Shown: positions 10,657-19,033 of the stretch, piece by piece
Numbering within the stretch: the stretch's first letter is position 1
Layout of the letters: each line of letters begins with the position of its first letter
Source of the DNA: Parasynechococcus marenigrum WH 8102
GTDB lineage: Bacteria; Cyanobacteriota; Cyanobacteriia; PCC-6307; Cyanobiaceae
DNA: 32,000 nt
Reading direction: 5' to 3'
Assembly: GCF_000195975.1 (NCBI RefSeq)
Contig: NC_005070.1
Span: 1,620,001 to 1,652,000 of the forward strand
Translations under genes and position numbers: made by a program
The notes under the pieces: generated by a model
Database searches by the model: none
Told to the model about the DNA's origin: nothing
Seen by the model: only the letters and a program-made list of their open reading frames with translations

Positions 10657-10920
10657 TCACTCCGAGATCTTCAATGACTGCTCTAGCTGATTAACATCTC
10701 TTTCCAGGAGGCTTTCACGGCGCTGCAACTCAAGCTCACGCTCATGGGTTATTTCATCAATCCGAGAGCGACCACTATTCATCATCTCTGAGTAGGTGAG
10801 AGCTCTGGGCTTTGCACGAGGGAGGGACTGGTCGTTCATCCGTGTCAGCAATCGATCAATTAAGATGTTTATTGAACCTAGCGACGTTTCAGACAATGAC
10901 GTCCCGCCGTTTGGACCCAA
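10657..10920 (-). CDS. Hypothetical 87-aa protein with a charged, coiled-coil-like C-terminus
   Basis: ORF in an AT-rich patch with a TTG start (an internal ATG would give 60 aa). The heptad-like tail is HERELELQRRESLLERDVNQLEQSLK. I recognised no family. Confidence 0.35.
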   Translation of the reverse strand: MGPNGGTSLSETSLGSINILIDRLLTRMNDQSLPRAKPRALTYSEMMNSGRSRIDEITHERELELQRRESLLERDVNQLEQSLKISE

Positions 10921-11010
10921 ACCAAAAATTTAAGCATTCAGTCGAGACACCTCAAGCAAATTGTCTGCACAGATTTACTCAAGACCATTCAACAAACTGA
11001 GCTCATTCCC

Positions 11011-12147
11011 TTGACCAGTTCCGCCACCTCAACCCTGTCGTCAAGCGTCCTAAGGCGCATTGATATAAAGATCAAGCCTTACATGGAAAGCGACGACGGA
11101 GTTGCTGCCTGGCAAATTTTCAACACTATTATCCCGTTAATACTGTGTTCGATTGCTATCTGCAATCTTACCGGAAACTTAACACTAGAATCTGTCGTTT
11201 TAACCCCATTACTTTTCGCATTAATCATCCTATTCCTAAGTAGAAGTTTCTCTTTGATGCATGATTGTGGTCATCACAGTCTATTTCGATCGAAAACGTC
11301 CAATCGAATTGCCGCCTTTGCCTTGAGCCTTGTCCATGCAATGCCTCATCACCCCTGGTCAAGGGGCCATGCATTTCACCATAAGCATAATGGCAACTGG
11401 AATCGCTATAGAGGCCCATCCGCTCTAACTACGCTTCGCGAGTACAAGACAAGAAACATATATTCCCAATTCATATACCAATTCCTACGTCACCCCCTAA
11501 TGCTTCTACCAGGAGGATTTTACTATCTCGTTGTTAAGCCAAGAGCTGCACTCCTTCTAGGACTCATTGAGCTCATCTACAAAGCGGTAGCGAATGGACT
11601 ACGCGAACTTTCAAAGGGGAAAATTTTCAACATATACTCATTCATCAGCAATCATAAATCAAGCTTCTTTTATACTAAAGAGGAAGGCTACGACACTCTT
11701 GCTAATAGCATCTGCGTTGCACTGGCCTGGTATTGGATTGGAAGCGCAATCGGCCACTGGCACTTCTGGATTTTGTATTCCTCAATCATGAGCGTCAGCG
11801 CATCAATCATGATTGCTGTATTTTTTGTTCAACACAATTTTCCAGGCTCATACGCGAGTGGCGACGAAGATTGGAGTTACTTCAAGGGCGCAATCGAGGG
11901 CTCATCATTCCTAATAATGCCTCGTGTGCTCAATTGGTTCACCGCAGACATTGCCTACCATCACGTACACCACTTGTCCGAAAGGATCCCAAATTACCGC
12001 CTACGCAAGTGCCACGAAGACAATCTCAATCAATTCATCAGCGTCAAGCGACTGCAACTTCATCAACTCTGGAATTGTTTTTCATTGATTCTCTGGGATC
12101 ACGAATCATGCCAACTTGTTTCAGCCAATCGACTAGGACACAATTGA
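11011..12147 (+). CDS. Membrane fatty-acid desaturase, DesA (Delta-12)-like histidine-box pattern
   Basis: It has three His boxes in the expected order and spacing: HDCGHHSLF, HAFHHKHNGNW and YHHVHHLSERIPNYRL. Hydrophobic stretches lie between them. The start is uncertain (TTG 11011 or ATG 11083). The surrounding DNA is AT-rich: I counted 23/60 G+C by hand for 11161-11220. Confidence 0.85.
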   Translation: MTSSATSTLSSSVLRRIDIKIKPYMESDDGVAAWQIFNTIIPLILCSIAICNLTGNLTLESVVLTPLLFALIILFLSRSFSLMHDCGHHSLFRSKTSNRIAAFALSLVHAMPHHPWSRGHAFHHKHNGNWNRYRGPSALTTLREYKTRNIYSQFIYQFLRHPLMLLPGGFYYLVVKPRAALLLGLIELIYKAVANGLRELSKGKIFNIYSFISNHKSSFFYTKEEGYDTLANSICVALAWYWIGSAIGHWHFWILYSSIMSVSASIMIAVFFVQHNFPGSYASGDEDWSYFKGAIEGSSFLIMPRVLNWFTADIAYHHVHHLSERIPNYRLRKCHEDNLNQFISVKRLQLHQLWNCFSLILWDHESCQLVSANRLGHN

Positions 12148-12406
12148 TTTGCTACATAAATCACTAGAAATAGTCCTTTAATTTTGATTGCAAAGTAGAA
12201 CATCAAAAACCACTCTTTTAATATTATTGGTATTAGCTGAAACTTCAACTGGCATCGGCCGAGCCTCTCGACAAATAACAGCATCAGGCTGAATACCGGG
12301 TTTGCCGTGAGAGCTTGTGGGGATCCGAAAAGTACAACGAATGCAGGTCATGGGGTCTACCCCATGCAGGGTCTGATTCGCTTCAGCACCCCTGGCCCCC
12401 ACCCCA

Positions 12407-13078
12407 GTGCGCGAACCTGGTTGCAGAGTTGAATCTTTTTTGGCTGAACCTGAGGCTCTGCAGAACCTCAGCCCCCATCAATGGTGGGGGCTGATCCATC
12501 CAGCACTGATCATCCTGTTCGTCTACCCAGTGGTGGGAGCGACGATCCGATTGGGAATCCTGGCGCGGGAACGGCGATTGGAGATCAACCCAATTGCGGA
12601 CACAGTGCCCCTTGAGCATGCCCAGCACGGCTCCTGGGTGACGGGCGGAGTTGTGGTGGCGGTGCTGATCGGCCTCAGCCACAGCCTGGCAGGAGCAGAC
12701 CTCGGCCTCAGACTCTTGCTGGGGTTTGTGGTGCTGATCGGCTACATCTCCTTACTGCGTAGCCGTCTGATCTGGCAGCGGCTTCTGGCAGGTGCCATCT
12801 CCTGGGGTGGAATGTTGATCCTGGGGCTGCAACCGACCGTGGAAAGGCTGAGTGATCAGCCCTGGACAGGATTGTTCTGGCAATCCCATTTCTGGATGGG
12901 ATGGATTCTCACCGGGTTGCTGCTCAGCTCAACGGCGATCCACCCCCTGATCGGTCGCAGCACACGAATACGGCGCTGGCATGTCGCCACCAACGTGCTC
13001 GTGGCTTTGCTGTTGGCCATGCAGGCGATTTCTGGAAGCCGTGATCTGGTGATCAGCGGCCTGTTGACGCTGCATTGA
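12407..13078 (+). CDS. DUF4079-like polytopic membrane protein (copy 2)
   Basis: Paralogue of the 4182-4880 product (LIHPALIILFVYPVVG, WQSHFWMGW, RRWHVATNVL, AMQAISGSRDL). There is no ATG near the 5' end, so the start is GTG 12407 or TTG 12440. Confidence 0.7.
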   Translation: MREPGCRVESFLAEPEALQNLSPHQWWGLIHPALIILFVYPVVGATIRLGILARERRLEINPIADTVPLEHAQHGSWVTGGVVVAVLIGLSHSLAGADLGLRLLLGFVVLIGYISLLRSRLIWQRLLAGAISWGGMLILGLQPTVERLSDQPWTGLFWQSHFWMGWILTGLLLSSTAIHPLIGRSTRIRRWHVATNVLVALLLAMQAISGSRDLVISGLLTLH

Positions 13079-13477
13079 GCAAGCACAACCAGGGGTAGAT
13101 GAAACGCTGAACATTCACAAAGAGAGGAAGAACCACAGTCAACCGTCAACATTCCCTTCACAATTCAGATTGTTTTAAGCGGCTTTATGTTGAGATGACT
13201 ACGCATGTTGCCTTCCGGCTCGCTTGACTTGATTCACTGGCATCCATTTGATGACAAAGTCGCCAAGGGCACGGTTGAATAGCTTCTTGGCGCATCGCTG
13301 GAAAGAGATGGGGGAACCCTCCTTGATGCGACAGCACAAGTATTCATTACTTCTGAGAAGCATTCGGGCAGAGAAGCGCCTGGTCGCCTTGGAACTCCTT
13401 GATCTGATGCTGGAAGACACCTGCCAACAACTCGACAGGATCTGAGAACGTCAAACAGTTTGATCTGATCAAACAGA

Positions 13478-13765
13478 ATGATGACAAGTCTGACCATGCT
13501 CCTTCTCTCCACGGCAGCAAATCTTCTCGTAGCCGAGGCATCTCAGTCACCTGAGAAGTGGATTGGTCGCTGTGAGCCGGTCAATGCTGTTGTGGTCATG
13601 AATCAAGCGCTCACCGAAGGCAAAACCGACGCAGAAGCTTTTGCCGCAGTCGTGGAAGCACGGTCTTTTGACGGATCCAAAGCCTGCATCGACTTCATCC
13701 GAGAAGCCTCCATGAACATGCGTGAGGGCTATCCCAGCACATTCCAGTCGCTGTGGATGGACTGA
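13478..13765 (+). CDS. Hypothetical small exported protein, 95 aa
   Basis: ATGATG start and a signal-peptide-like N-terminus (MMTSLTMLLLSTAANLLVAEA). The mature part has two Cys. I recognised no family. Confidence 0.5.
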   Translation: MMTSLTMLLLSTAANLLVAEASQSPEKWIGRCEPVNAVVVMNQALTEGKTDAEAFAAVVEARSFDGSKACIDFIREASMNMREGYPSTFQSLWMD

Positions 13766-13769
13766 ACGC

Positions 13770-13804
13770 GATCAGGCAACGACACCAGATCTGGTGTCCT
13801 GATC
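13770..13804 (+). other. Long imperfect hairpin immediately 3' of the 95-aa ORF
   Basis: gatcag-gcaac-gacaccaga|tctggtgtc-ctgatc: an 18-nt perfect palindrome (13781-13798) extended by a 6-bp outer stem. It starts 5 nt after the stop codon. No U-tract follows on either strand. Confidence 0.45.
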
Positions 13805-13828
13805 CGCAGAAGCCCCCAACAGGCCAAC

Positions 13829-13852
13829 AAAAAAGCCACCTCTGCGGGCGGC
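13829..13852 (-). terminator. Candidate minus-strand intrinsic terminator
   Basis: The minus strand reads gccgcc-cgcaga-ggtggc followed by tttttt. This is a 6-bp stem with one G-U pair; the same position is an A-C mismatch if folded from the plus strand, which favours minus-strand use. Confidence 0.5.
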
Positions 13853-13866
13853 CGGGTGATGGGGAT
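13853..13866. repeat. 14-nt box cgggtgatggggat, copy 1
   Basis: Identical to 14057-14070 (direct repeat, 204 nt apart). It abuts the minus-strand terminator hairpin. Confidence 0.6.
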
Positions 13867-14056
13867 ATCCACAACCTAGCGCAGAAAGCCAGTGGTGCCA
13901 GCCTTTCCCAAACATAAGGTGACGAAGAACACGTCACAGCTGTCCACAGCCTGTGGAGTGTCAAGGCAGCTCAGCAAAGTCTTTACAGAAAACCCACTAG
14001 ATCTAGTGCATTTCTCAGATTGACCAACCCATAGACCCTATCTTTAGTGCGTTGGT

Positions 14057-14070
14057 CGGGTGATGGGGAT
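14057..14070. repeat. 14-nt box cgggtgatggggat, copy 2
   Basis: Identical to 13853-13866. It lies 12 nt upstream of the plus-strand terminator hairpin. Confidence 0.6.
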
Positions 14071-14082
14071 CGCCTGTGCTTG

Positions 14083-14108
14083 AGCCCCCTGCAGACAGGG
14101 GGCTTTTT
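14083..14108 (+). terminator. Plus-strand intrinsic terminator (or attenuator) in an ORF-poor region
   Basis: Perfect 9-bp GC-rich stem agccccctg / cagggggct with a 4-nt loop (caga), running into ttttt (14104-14108). The minus-strand reading has no U-tract. Confidence 0.65.
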
Positions 14109-14239
14109 GATGGACGCCAGTCCTCCTGCTTTAACGCGCCAGCAACTGAACCATCACAATCACGCAACCCCTTCACCATCGGCGAAGGACAGTCCTGGAA
14201 ACTGGCTCGATCGGACTGGACAGGATTCGAGGACAATCC

Positions 14240-14338
14240 ATGACGCTCATCTTCGTGACAACAGGCTTTCTCAGCTTGCTCTGGCTGACGCAAACCCTGG
14301 TGAGACGCAACCTGGACAATCGCAAGGATCCGTCGTGA
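14240..14338 (+). CDS. Candidate 32-aa single-TM peptide
   Basis: Manual translation gives MTLIFVTTGFLSLLWLTQTLVRRNLDNRKDPS*. A GAGGA Shine-Dalgarno sits at 14229-14233, 6 nt before the ATG, in the loop of a ggatt/aatcc hairpin. An in-frame stop at 14147-14149 leaves no earlier start. The product is a hydrophobic helix followed by a basic tail. It is below the ORF-track size cut-off and I recognised no family. Confidence 0.4.
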   Translation: MTLIFVTTGFLSLLWLTQTLVRRNLDNRKDPS

Positions 14339-14343
14339 GGTCG

Positions 14344-14613
14344 TCAACGTGACGCTGGACCACCGTCGTGGTGGCGCTCCAGCTTGATCCGTTCATAGTC
14401 CTCATCAGACAGTTCCTGCATTCGAAAAACAGCGCTGAGACGACGGTGATAACGGCAGTAGCCAAGAAAGGCATGCACACCAATCAGCAGGCCCCCGAAC
14501 AACAGCAACAACGAGTGATCGACAGAAGCCCCCACCAGCGAGGCAAAACCCAAGGTGAGCAACAACGCCAGAACGACACTTCTGAGCAACCGTCGCAGGG
14601 TCAAGCGGTTCAA
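14344..14613 (-). CDS. Hypothetical two-TM membrane protein, 89 aa, downstream of the MscS-family gene
   Basis: The TTG start is preceded by a strong AAGGAG (complement of 14619-14624) with a 5-nt spacer. It has two hydrophobic helices and then a charged tail (MQELSDEDYERIKLERHH). Confidence 0.6.
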   Translation of the reverse strand: MNRLTLRRLLRSVVLALLLTLGFASLVGASVDHSLLLLFGGLLIGVHAFLGYCRYHRRLSAVFRMQELSDEDYERIKLERHHDGGPASR

Positions 14614-14637
14614 CCCGACTCCTTACAGGCCATGGGA

Positions 14638-16290
14638 TCAGCGGCCTCCTGCCATTGGAGGCTGCGCGCTGCCCAGATCCAATCCGTCCGCCAGCTGCAC
14701 CCCTCGGCGATGCAACGCACGCAGAACACGGCGTTGAAACTCCCGTTCCGTCGTCCATTGCTCGCCGGCGCGGGTCACCAGCAGCACCTGCATCTGCACC
14801 CCAAGCGCCGTGGTGCGTTTGATGCCCCGCAGGATCGGATCCCCCAGCAGTCGATTGCCCCACACAGGGTCGAGAGCAAAGGCCTCAATCTCGAACGCCA
14901 GGGTTCTATAGACGATCTCCAGATCCGTTTGTCGATGTGAAATCACAAAGGTGACCAGACTTCCCGAGCGCAGCTTCGTGTGGTTCTGCATCTGCAGGAT
15001 CGAGGAAATGTCCAGGATGTTCATTCGTTGGTCCAGGCAGCGGATCTGTGTGCTGAACAGGCCCATCTCAATCACCTCTCCCTCGATACCCTCCACCTCG
15101 ATCCAATCGCCAATGGCGTAGCGGTCCTCCAGCAGCATCACCAGACCAGCAGAAAAATCCCTCAGCAATCCCTGGAACACAAACGCCAGCGCGCCCAGCA
15201 GGGCGCCACCAGCCAGCAACAGCGACACCGAGGCGGAACGAACGCCAGGGATATCCAGCAGCACCCAGAGCAGCACCACCCCGATCCCGACCACATTGAT
15301 CAACCGATGCGTTGTGCTCAGCAAACTGCGATAGCGCTGCTGACGCCGGGCTTGAAGCCGCTGGGGAACGTCCACATCCGCCGCCCACTGGCTGAGCAGG
15401 AAAGTGCTGAGGCTGCGCAGCAGGAACGCTGCCAGCGTTACCGCCAGAAACTTGATCACAGCAAGCGATGGCTGCAACACCAGCTCAATCCCCAGGGGAA
15501 CTTTCCCGGGGATGGCCACCACCAGCACGCCGATCATCAGCACCAGCAGATACAGCATCAGCAGCAGCACGCCGATGCTCAGGGCTTGTTCGGCGTGCAA
15601 CCGGGTTTCGCTCCTGCGATCAGAGCGGCCCTGGGTCCGCAGCTCACCATGCAGGCGTGAGGTGCGTTGCCGCAGTCGCCGCCAGAGCAGCAGCATGGCT
15701 GAAAACAACAACAGCAGCAGCAGTTCCAACACCAGGGCCAGCTCACGCGCGCCATTGATCTCCGCATCGGCACGGGTCACGGTCAACAGTGGGAAGGGTT
15801 GCTCGCGTCCCGGCAGCCGTGCCGCCAGCTCGTAGGGACCATTGCCATTCCGGAGCACCTCCAGGGTCAACGGCGTGCCGGACCGATCCAGGCCGTAGCG
15901 CTGACCAGCCGTGCAGACGTGCGCATCGGACTGAAGAAGGCTGTCCAGCATCCACTCGCTGAGGCGCTCGCCGAAACTGCAGAGCTGGTTCGGGTCGTAG
16001 AGGGCGCGCAGATTGCCCTCAATCACCCTGGCTCTCACCGAGGCCTCAATCCCGCTTTGATCCCCCAGCTGCACAGGGCTGGCGACGGTGATGGCGGGCA
16101 CCCCAAGAATCCGGACCTTGGCCAGCTCGAATTTCCCTTCAAACAACGCCTGCTCGTCCTGCTGTTGAGCAGAAGATCTCGCCGGACCGGCAGGGATGAA
16201 ATCCAGGATCGACGCCTGAGCCACGAGCGGGATTAACGCCAACAGCGCTGCCGTTAACCAGAGCCCCAGGCGTCGTCTGAGACGGAACAC
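14638..16290 (-). CDS. Mechanosensitive ion channel, MscS family, 550 aa, GTG start
   Basis: It has a signal/TM N-terminus and multiple TM helices. The MscS core is LRDFSAGLVMLLEDRYAIGDWIEVEGIEGEVIEMGLFSTQIRCLDQRMNILDISSI. Its start lies 3 nt after the maf stop. Confidence 0.88.
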   Translation of the reverse strand: MFRLRRRLGLWLTAALLALIPLVAQASILDFIPAGPARSSAQQQDEQALFEGKFELAKVRILGVPAITVASPVQLGDQSGIEASVRARVIEGNLRALYDPNQLCSFGERLSEWMLDSLLQSDAHVCTAGQRYGLDRSGTPLTLEVLRNGNGPYELAARLPGREQPFPLLTVTRADAEINGARELALVLELLLLLLFSAMLLLWRRLRQRTSRLHGELRTQGRSDRRSETRLHAEQALSIGVLLLMLYLLVLMIGVLVVAIPGKVPLGIELVLQPSLAVIKFLAVTLAAFLLRSLSTFLLSQWAADVDVPQRLQARRQQRYRSLLSTTHRLINVVGIGVVLLWVLLDIPGVRSASVSLLLAGGALLGALAFVFQGLLRDFSAGLVMLLEDRYAIGDWIEVEGIEGEVIEMGLFSTQIRCLDQRMNILDISSILQMQNHTKLRSGSLVTFVISHRQTDLEIVYRTLAFEIEAFALDPVWGNRLLGDPILRGIKRTTALGVQMQVLLVTRAGEQWTTEREFQRRVLRALHRRGVQLADGLDLGSAQPPMAGGR

Positions 16291-16293
16291 GGC

Positions 16294-16875
16294 TCAGCCC
16301 GAGGCTGACTGATCCATTTTGCTGTCCCTGAGAACGGACCGCAGCCAAGGCAGGCTCAGGCCGATCACGTTCGAATAACAGCCTTCCAGACCGGCAATTA
16401 GAGAAGCCCCGCGGCCCTCAAGGGCGAAACCGCCGGCACAGTGAAGCGGCTCTCCGGTGGTGACATAGGCCTGGATCTCCTCCTCAGTTATTGCAGCGAA
16501 ATGGACGCGGGTGCTGATGCAGGCCAGGCGGTTCTCGCCGCTGCGAACCAGCAGAGCGTGCCCGGTAAGCAACTCGCCGCTGCCTCCGGCCATGCGCCGC
16601 CAGCGCGCAGCAGCTTCCTCCCCATCCTGAGGTTTGCCGAACACCTCGCCCTCGAAGAGCAGCAGCGAATCGCACCCCAAAACCGAGGAGATGTCAGCGT
16701 CGATTCCGTCCGAAACAGCTGTGGCCTTCGCCAGAGCCAACTGCTGCACGAGCAGGGCGGGGTCGTGGTTTTCAATGCTGCTTTCATCCACTCCGCTGAC
16801 GCGCACGCGATGGGGGATCTGCGCCAGTTCAAGCAGCCGGAGGCGGGCCGGCGAGGCAGAGGCCAGAAGCAGCAC
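16294..16875 (-). CDS. maf: Maf-like nucleoside-triphosphate pyrophosphatase (septum formation protein Maf)
   Basis: The Maf core is (V/M)[53 protein letters not shown] prefer GTG 16875, which gives a typical ~193-aa Maf beginning [14 protein letters not shown] 16938 is the alternative. The 313-aa track ORF is over-extended. Confidence 0.85.
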   Translation of the reverse strand: MLLLASASPARLRLLELAQIPHRVRVSGVDESSIENHDPALLVQQLALAKATAVSDGIDADISSVLGCDSLLLFEGEVFGKPQDGEEAAARWRRMAGGSGELLTGHALLVRSGENRLACISTRVHFAAITEEEIQAYVTTGEPLHCAGGFALEGRGASLIAGLEGCYSNVIGLSLPWLRSVLRDSKMDQSASG

Positions 16876-16986
16876 GGAATCACTCCGTTGGGAACACTCC
16901 GTAGGCTGCCAACATTGGGGGATTCCGCCATCGAACATCCCACTGAGCTTCTTGATCAACGCAGCCATGCGCGTGCCCTGCGCTCG

Positions 16987-17310
16987 ATGCGCTGCCTGCC
17001 CTTCGCGGCGGCGCTCTACCGGGAGCTTCAGCAGCAGGGGCTGGATGCCGACAGCATCTGGAACAACAGGTCGCGCTTTGGCCGTGGCCCGGCCTGGCCA
17101 CGGAATGGGGAAAGGCTGGAGGACGACCTGCGCTGGCTGATTACCGTTGGCGTGCTGCGACGGGAAGTGGACGGCCAGGGGCTCACCAGTCGCTTTCGCC
17201 TTACCCCCCTCGGACGTGACCTGCTGGACGGCCATCAGGCTGAGCTACTGCTGCCAGCGGGCTGGAACGATCGCCTGCGGCAGGTGCTGCGGCGCCGCTG
17301 GCCCTTTTGA
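16987..17310 (+). CDS. Conserved-looking hypothetical protein, 107 aa (possibly the cyanobacterial 'Npun_F0494' family; name from memory only)
   Basis: This is the C-terminal part of the 289-aa track ORF: [50 protein letters not shown]. The upstream part of that ORF is antisense to maf. The alternative start TTG 16915 would add ..HARALRS. Its stop overlaps the possible TTG start of cobQ. Confidence 0.5.
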   Translation: MRCLPFAAALYRELQQQGLDADSIWNNRSRFGRGPAWPRNGERLEDDLRWLITVGVLRREVDGQGLTSRFRLTPLGRDLLDGHQAELLLPAGWNDRLRQVLRRRWPF

Positions 17311-17327
17311 ACCGCAAGCGGCCACTG

Positions 17328-18797
17328 ATGGTGCTGGGGACCTCCAGTGGAGCCGGCAAATCCCTGATGACAGCAGCTCTCTGCCGGGTGCTGCACCGCC
17401 GCGGCGAACAACCGCTGCCCTTCAAGGGGCAGAACATGAGCAACAACGCCTGGGTGGATGCCGACGGCGGCGAGATGGCGTACTCCCAGGCGATGCAGGC
17501 CTGGGCCGCCGGTCTGGAGCCCTGCTGTGCCATGAATCCCGTGCTGCTCAAGCCACGGGGCGATAGCACCAGTGAGGTGATACACGGCGGCACCAGCGTT
17601 GGCCTGGCCCGAGCGGAGCATTACTACCGCGACTGGTTCCGTCCTGGCTGGCAGGCGATCCGTGAAGGGCTCCAGACCATGCAACAGCGATGGCCCAACG
17701 GTCGGCTGGTGCTGGAGGGGGCCGGCAGTCCGGTGGAGGTGAATCTGCAACGACGGGACCTCACCAACTTGCGCCTGGCCCAATACCTACGCGCCAACTG
17801 CCTGCTGGTGGCGGATATCGAACGCGGCGGCGTGTTCGCACAGATCGTCGGCACCCTGGCGCTGCTTCGTCCGGTGGAACGGCCGTTGATCAAAGGGATC
17901 CTGATCAACCGCTTCCGTGGCCGGCGTGAATTGTTCGATGAAGGTCGCAGTTGGCTGGAACAGCACACCGGTGTTCCGGTGCTCGGGGTGATGCCGTGGC
18001 TCAACGATCTGTTTCCGCCGGAGGACTCCCTCGATCTGCTGGAGCGCAAGCCCAACCGAGGACCCACCGATCTGGAGATCGCGGTGCTGAAGCTGCCGTC
18101 GATCAGCAACTTCTCGGATCTCGACCCGCTGGAGGCGGAACCCAGCCTGCGGCTGCGCTGGGTGCACCCTGGCGACAGCCTTGGAAGCCCCGATGCTGTG
18201 CTGCTGCCTGGCAGCAAACAGACACTGCGGGATCTCGAGACTTTGCGCAGCAGCGGGCTGGACCGTCAGCTCACGGCCTATGCCACCAATGGAGGCTCAC
18301 TGCTGGCGATCTGCGGTGGCATGCAGCTGCTCGGACAGGAGCTGCACGACCCTGAGCAACTGGAGGGCGGTGATGGGGCTGGGCCCTGGCCCGGGCTGGG
18401 GTTGTTACCGCTCACTACAGAGTTCGGTGGAACGAAGGCCTTGCGACAACGTGAGGTTCAAGCGCTCTGGCCGGGGACAACTCCGATCTCCGGCTTTGAA
18501 CTGCACCACGGCAGCACCTGGGCTTCTGATGATCTCCAGCCAATCTGCAACGAGCCGGGTCTCGGCTGGTGGTGCGCAACACCGGCTGGTGGCTGCATCG
18601 CCGGCACCTACCTGCACGGACTTCTCGACAACGGTCCCTGGCGGCGTCGTTGGCTCAATCAGCTGCGCGAACGCAAGGGGCTGGCGCCCCTGATCACCGG
18701 CCTGCCCCACCACGGGGAGCACCGCCACCAACTGCTCGAGCGCCTGGCCGATGCCTTCGAGCAGCATGTGGATCTAACACCACTGTTGCAGCCGTGA
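17328..18797 (+). CDS. cobQ: Cobyric acid synthase
   Basis: N-terminal [20 protein letters not shown] (ATG 17328; TTG 17307 is also possible). The glutamine amidotransferase part carries [11 protein letters not shown] and the HGLLDN region. Confidence 0.9.
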   Translation: MVLGTSSGAGKSLMTAALCRVLHRRGEQPLPFKGQNMSNNAWVDADGGEMAYSQAMQAWAAGLEPCCAMNPVLLKPRGDSTSEVIHGGTSVGLARAEHYYRDWFRPGWQAIREGLQTMQQRWPNGRLVLEGAGSPVEVNLQRRDLTNLRLAQYLRANCLLVADIERGGVFAQIVGTLALLRPVERPLIKGILINRFRGRRELFDEGRSWLEQHTGVPVLGVMPWLNDLFPPEDSLDLLERKPNRGPTDLEIAVLKLPSISNFSDLDPLEAEPSLRLRWVHPGDSLGSPDAVLLPGSKQTLRDLETLRSSGLDRQLTAYATNGGSLLAICGGMQLLGQELHDPEQLEGGDGAGPWPGLGLLPLTTEFGGTKALRQREVQALWPGTTPISGFELHHGSTWASDDLQPICNEPGLGWWCATPAGGCIAGTYLHGLLDNGPWRRRWLNQLRERKGLAPLITGLPHHGEHRHQLLERLADAFEQHVDLTPLLQP

Positions 18798-19033
18798 GCA
18801 GCATCACCGTGCACTGGCCCGATGGCCATACCAGCCATGAAAGCATCGGCACGGACTGGTTGCAGACCGCCGCAGATGCTGGGGTTGCCATTCCCACCGG
18901 GTGCCTCGGGGGCAGTTGCGGCGCCTGTGAAATCGAGGTGAACGGCAAGGTGGTGCGGGCCTGCATCAGCACGGTGCCACCATCAAAATCCGGGCAGTTA
19001 ACCGTGGAATTCGCCACCGACCCCTACTGGTGA
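18794..19033 (+). CDS. Small 2Fe-2S ferredoxin-like protein, 79 aa, GTG start
   Basis: [57 protein letters not shown] has a Cx4Cx2C cluster motif plus a downstream Cys. The GTG at 18794 overlaps the cobQ stop (GTGA). The upstream 75 codons of the track ORF lie inside cobQ. Confidence 0.7.
   Translation: MSSITVHWPDGHTSHESIGTDWLQTAADAGVAIPTGCLGGSCGACEIEVNGKVVRACISTVPPSKSGQLTVEFATDPYW

Noticed and set aside
12099-12402. 61-aa and 74-aa minus-strand ORFs between the desaturase and DUF4079 copy 2
   Set aside because: One overlaps the desaturase 3' end. Neither has an RBS or recognisable motifs. They are probably chance ORFs in a 260-bp spacer, which does contain a 7-bp hairpin, catgggg-tcta-ccccatg, at about 12347-12364.
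14109-14239. Possible glutamine riboswitch or Downstream-peptide motif upstream of the 32-codon ORF (the motif class is known from marine picocyanobacteria upstream of tiny ORFs)
   Set aside because: I could not find the E-loop-type AGUA/GAA core or the conserved ACGGAAG-like segment as I remember them. Only generic hairpins are present. An Infernal scan is needed before any claim.
14015-14352. 110-aa minus and 101-aa plus ORFs spanning the terminator and leader region
   Set aside because: Both read straight through the strong 14083-14108 hairpin and through each other. Their Pro/Ser/Arg-rich products have no motifs. The short RBS-preceded 32-codon ORF is the better candidate here.
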